A stretch of DNA of 60,710 bases, filler included, from Globobulimina sp. (taxonomy: Eukaryota): NCBI GenBank assembly GCA_003354225.1. It is 17 parts of 17 records of this genome, joined end to end, with 100 filler letters (N's around TTAATTAATTAA, not from the genome) between each part and the next. Parts side by side here need not be neighbours in the genome. Positions count along the whole stretch, not along the records: positions 57,239 to 60,710 come from PIVH01002712.1; 16 more parts are not named here. One strand, 5' to 3'. Each line of letters begins with the position of its first letter. Positions within the stretch are counted from its first letter, which is position 1. Shown piece by piece: positions 60,201-60,710 of the stretch. A program made the translations under genes and the position numbers. The notes beneath the pieces were generated by a model. That model did not search any database. It was not told the DNA's origin and saw only the letters and a list, made by a program, of their open reading frames with translations.

Positions 60201-60655
60201 CAAATATTGATGAAAATATTATATATCCACCGCAGAATGACCACAATGATCATGAATTGACGGAATTTATTTGGAAAATTAATGATAAATTAAAAATGAA
60301 TATAATTAAAACTGAATTAAAAATTGGTCAGTGTCTGACCTCGCAATATGTAAATATTTGTGGATATGATTGGTTTTTATCATTTTATCCGTGCGGGAAA
60401 GATGAAAAAGAAAAATTTGAATCGCAATTATATGTTAATTTAAAAATATTACCAAAGGATATTGTGGGTATTTCATTTTATTTTGAATTATATATAAAAG
60501 AAACATCCTCTTCATTTAATAATTATGCACATTTTAGAAATGATTATTTATCGCGTTCATGGGAGACCACAAGAATTAAAATCACACAAATTCAACATTT
60601 AAATGAATTAACTTTTACATTAAAAATAAAAATTGTTGATGTATATCCTAAATAA
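57239..60655 (+). CDS. Tandem MATH/TRAF-domain protein, about seven domains (introns 57784-57847 and 58775-58828; 5' partial)
   Basis: Repeated Y.W.I...K.A.NG..F.S..F....KW....YPNG...L.L.SL.P...TF...I.IIDV.D units. The introns join three ORFs in frame. Confidence 0.85.
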
Positions 60656-60710
60656 TATTGCTTATAAATGTGTTTTTGTGTTGAAATAAGAGTCAATTAT
60701 GTATATTTTG

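Noticed and set aside
1-60710. A multi-gene system spanning contigs (for example SPC24 with BUB1, or sulfotransferases with the Tyr-rich protein)
   Set aside because: Contigs are adjacent only because of similar length, so cross-contig co-occurrence carries no linkage information.

Overview
This is not one locus. It is 17 separate contigs of 3,472-3,481 bp, ordered by decreasing length and joined by an artificial 100-bp spacer (44 N + TTAATTAATTAA + 44 N). Most DNA is AT-rich, gene-dense eukaryotic sequence with short (about 50-80 nt) GT-AG introns. The gene families present (SPRY-like proteins with an 'xxGYIR' N-terminal motif, Pro/Thr-repeat membrane proteins, tandem MATH arrays, sulfotransferases) suggest a protist, probably a foraminiferan (Rhizaria); that assignment is inference. 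Recognisable genes: ARP3, an arylsulfatase, two sulfotransferase-like proteins, SPC24, MadBub (BUB1/BUBR1), a CDKL5-like kinase, a class I sirtuin, a Sec7 ARF-GEF, a tetraspanin, a TVP38/VTT protein, an APC permease, an AIFM2-like oxidoreductase and an RRM protein. Two clearly bacterial pieces (ptsH plus the 5' half of ptsI; an RND periplasmic adaptor fragment) are joined to eukaryotic DNA, most likely as amplification or assembly chimeras. Best leads: an intact DIRS-like tyrosine recombinase with no RT/gag nearby, abutting a truncated BTB gene; a Sec7 domain with the catalytic Glu replaced by Lys; a MadBub with a dead kinase; a Tyr/Asp/Glu-rich membrane-anchored protein; a bacterial-type AGE isomerase in eukaryotic context; a contig with 80-bp direct terminal repeats carrying a 10-Cys secreted peptide; and a strong bias towards GTT intron donors. 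Gene adjacency here is weak evidence because chimeric joins are frequent.
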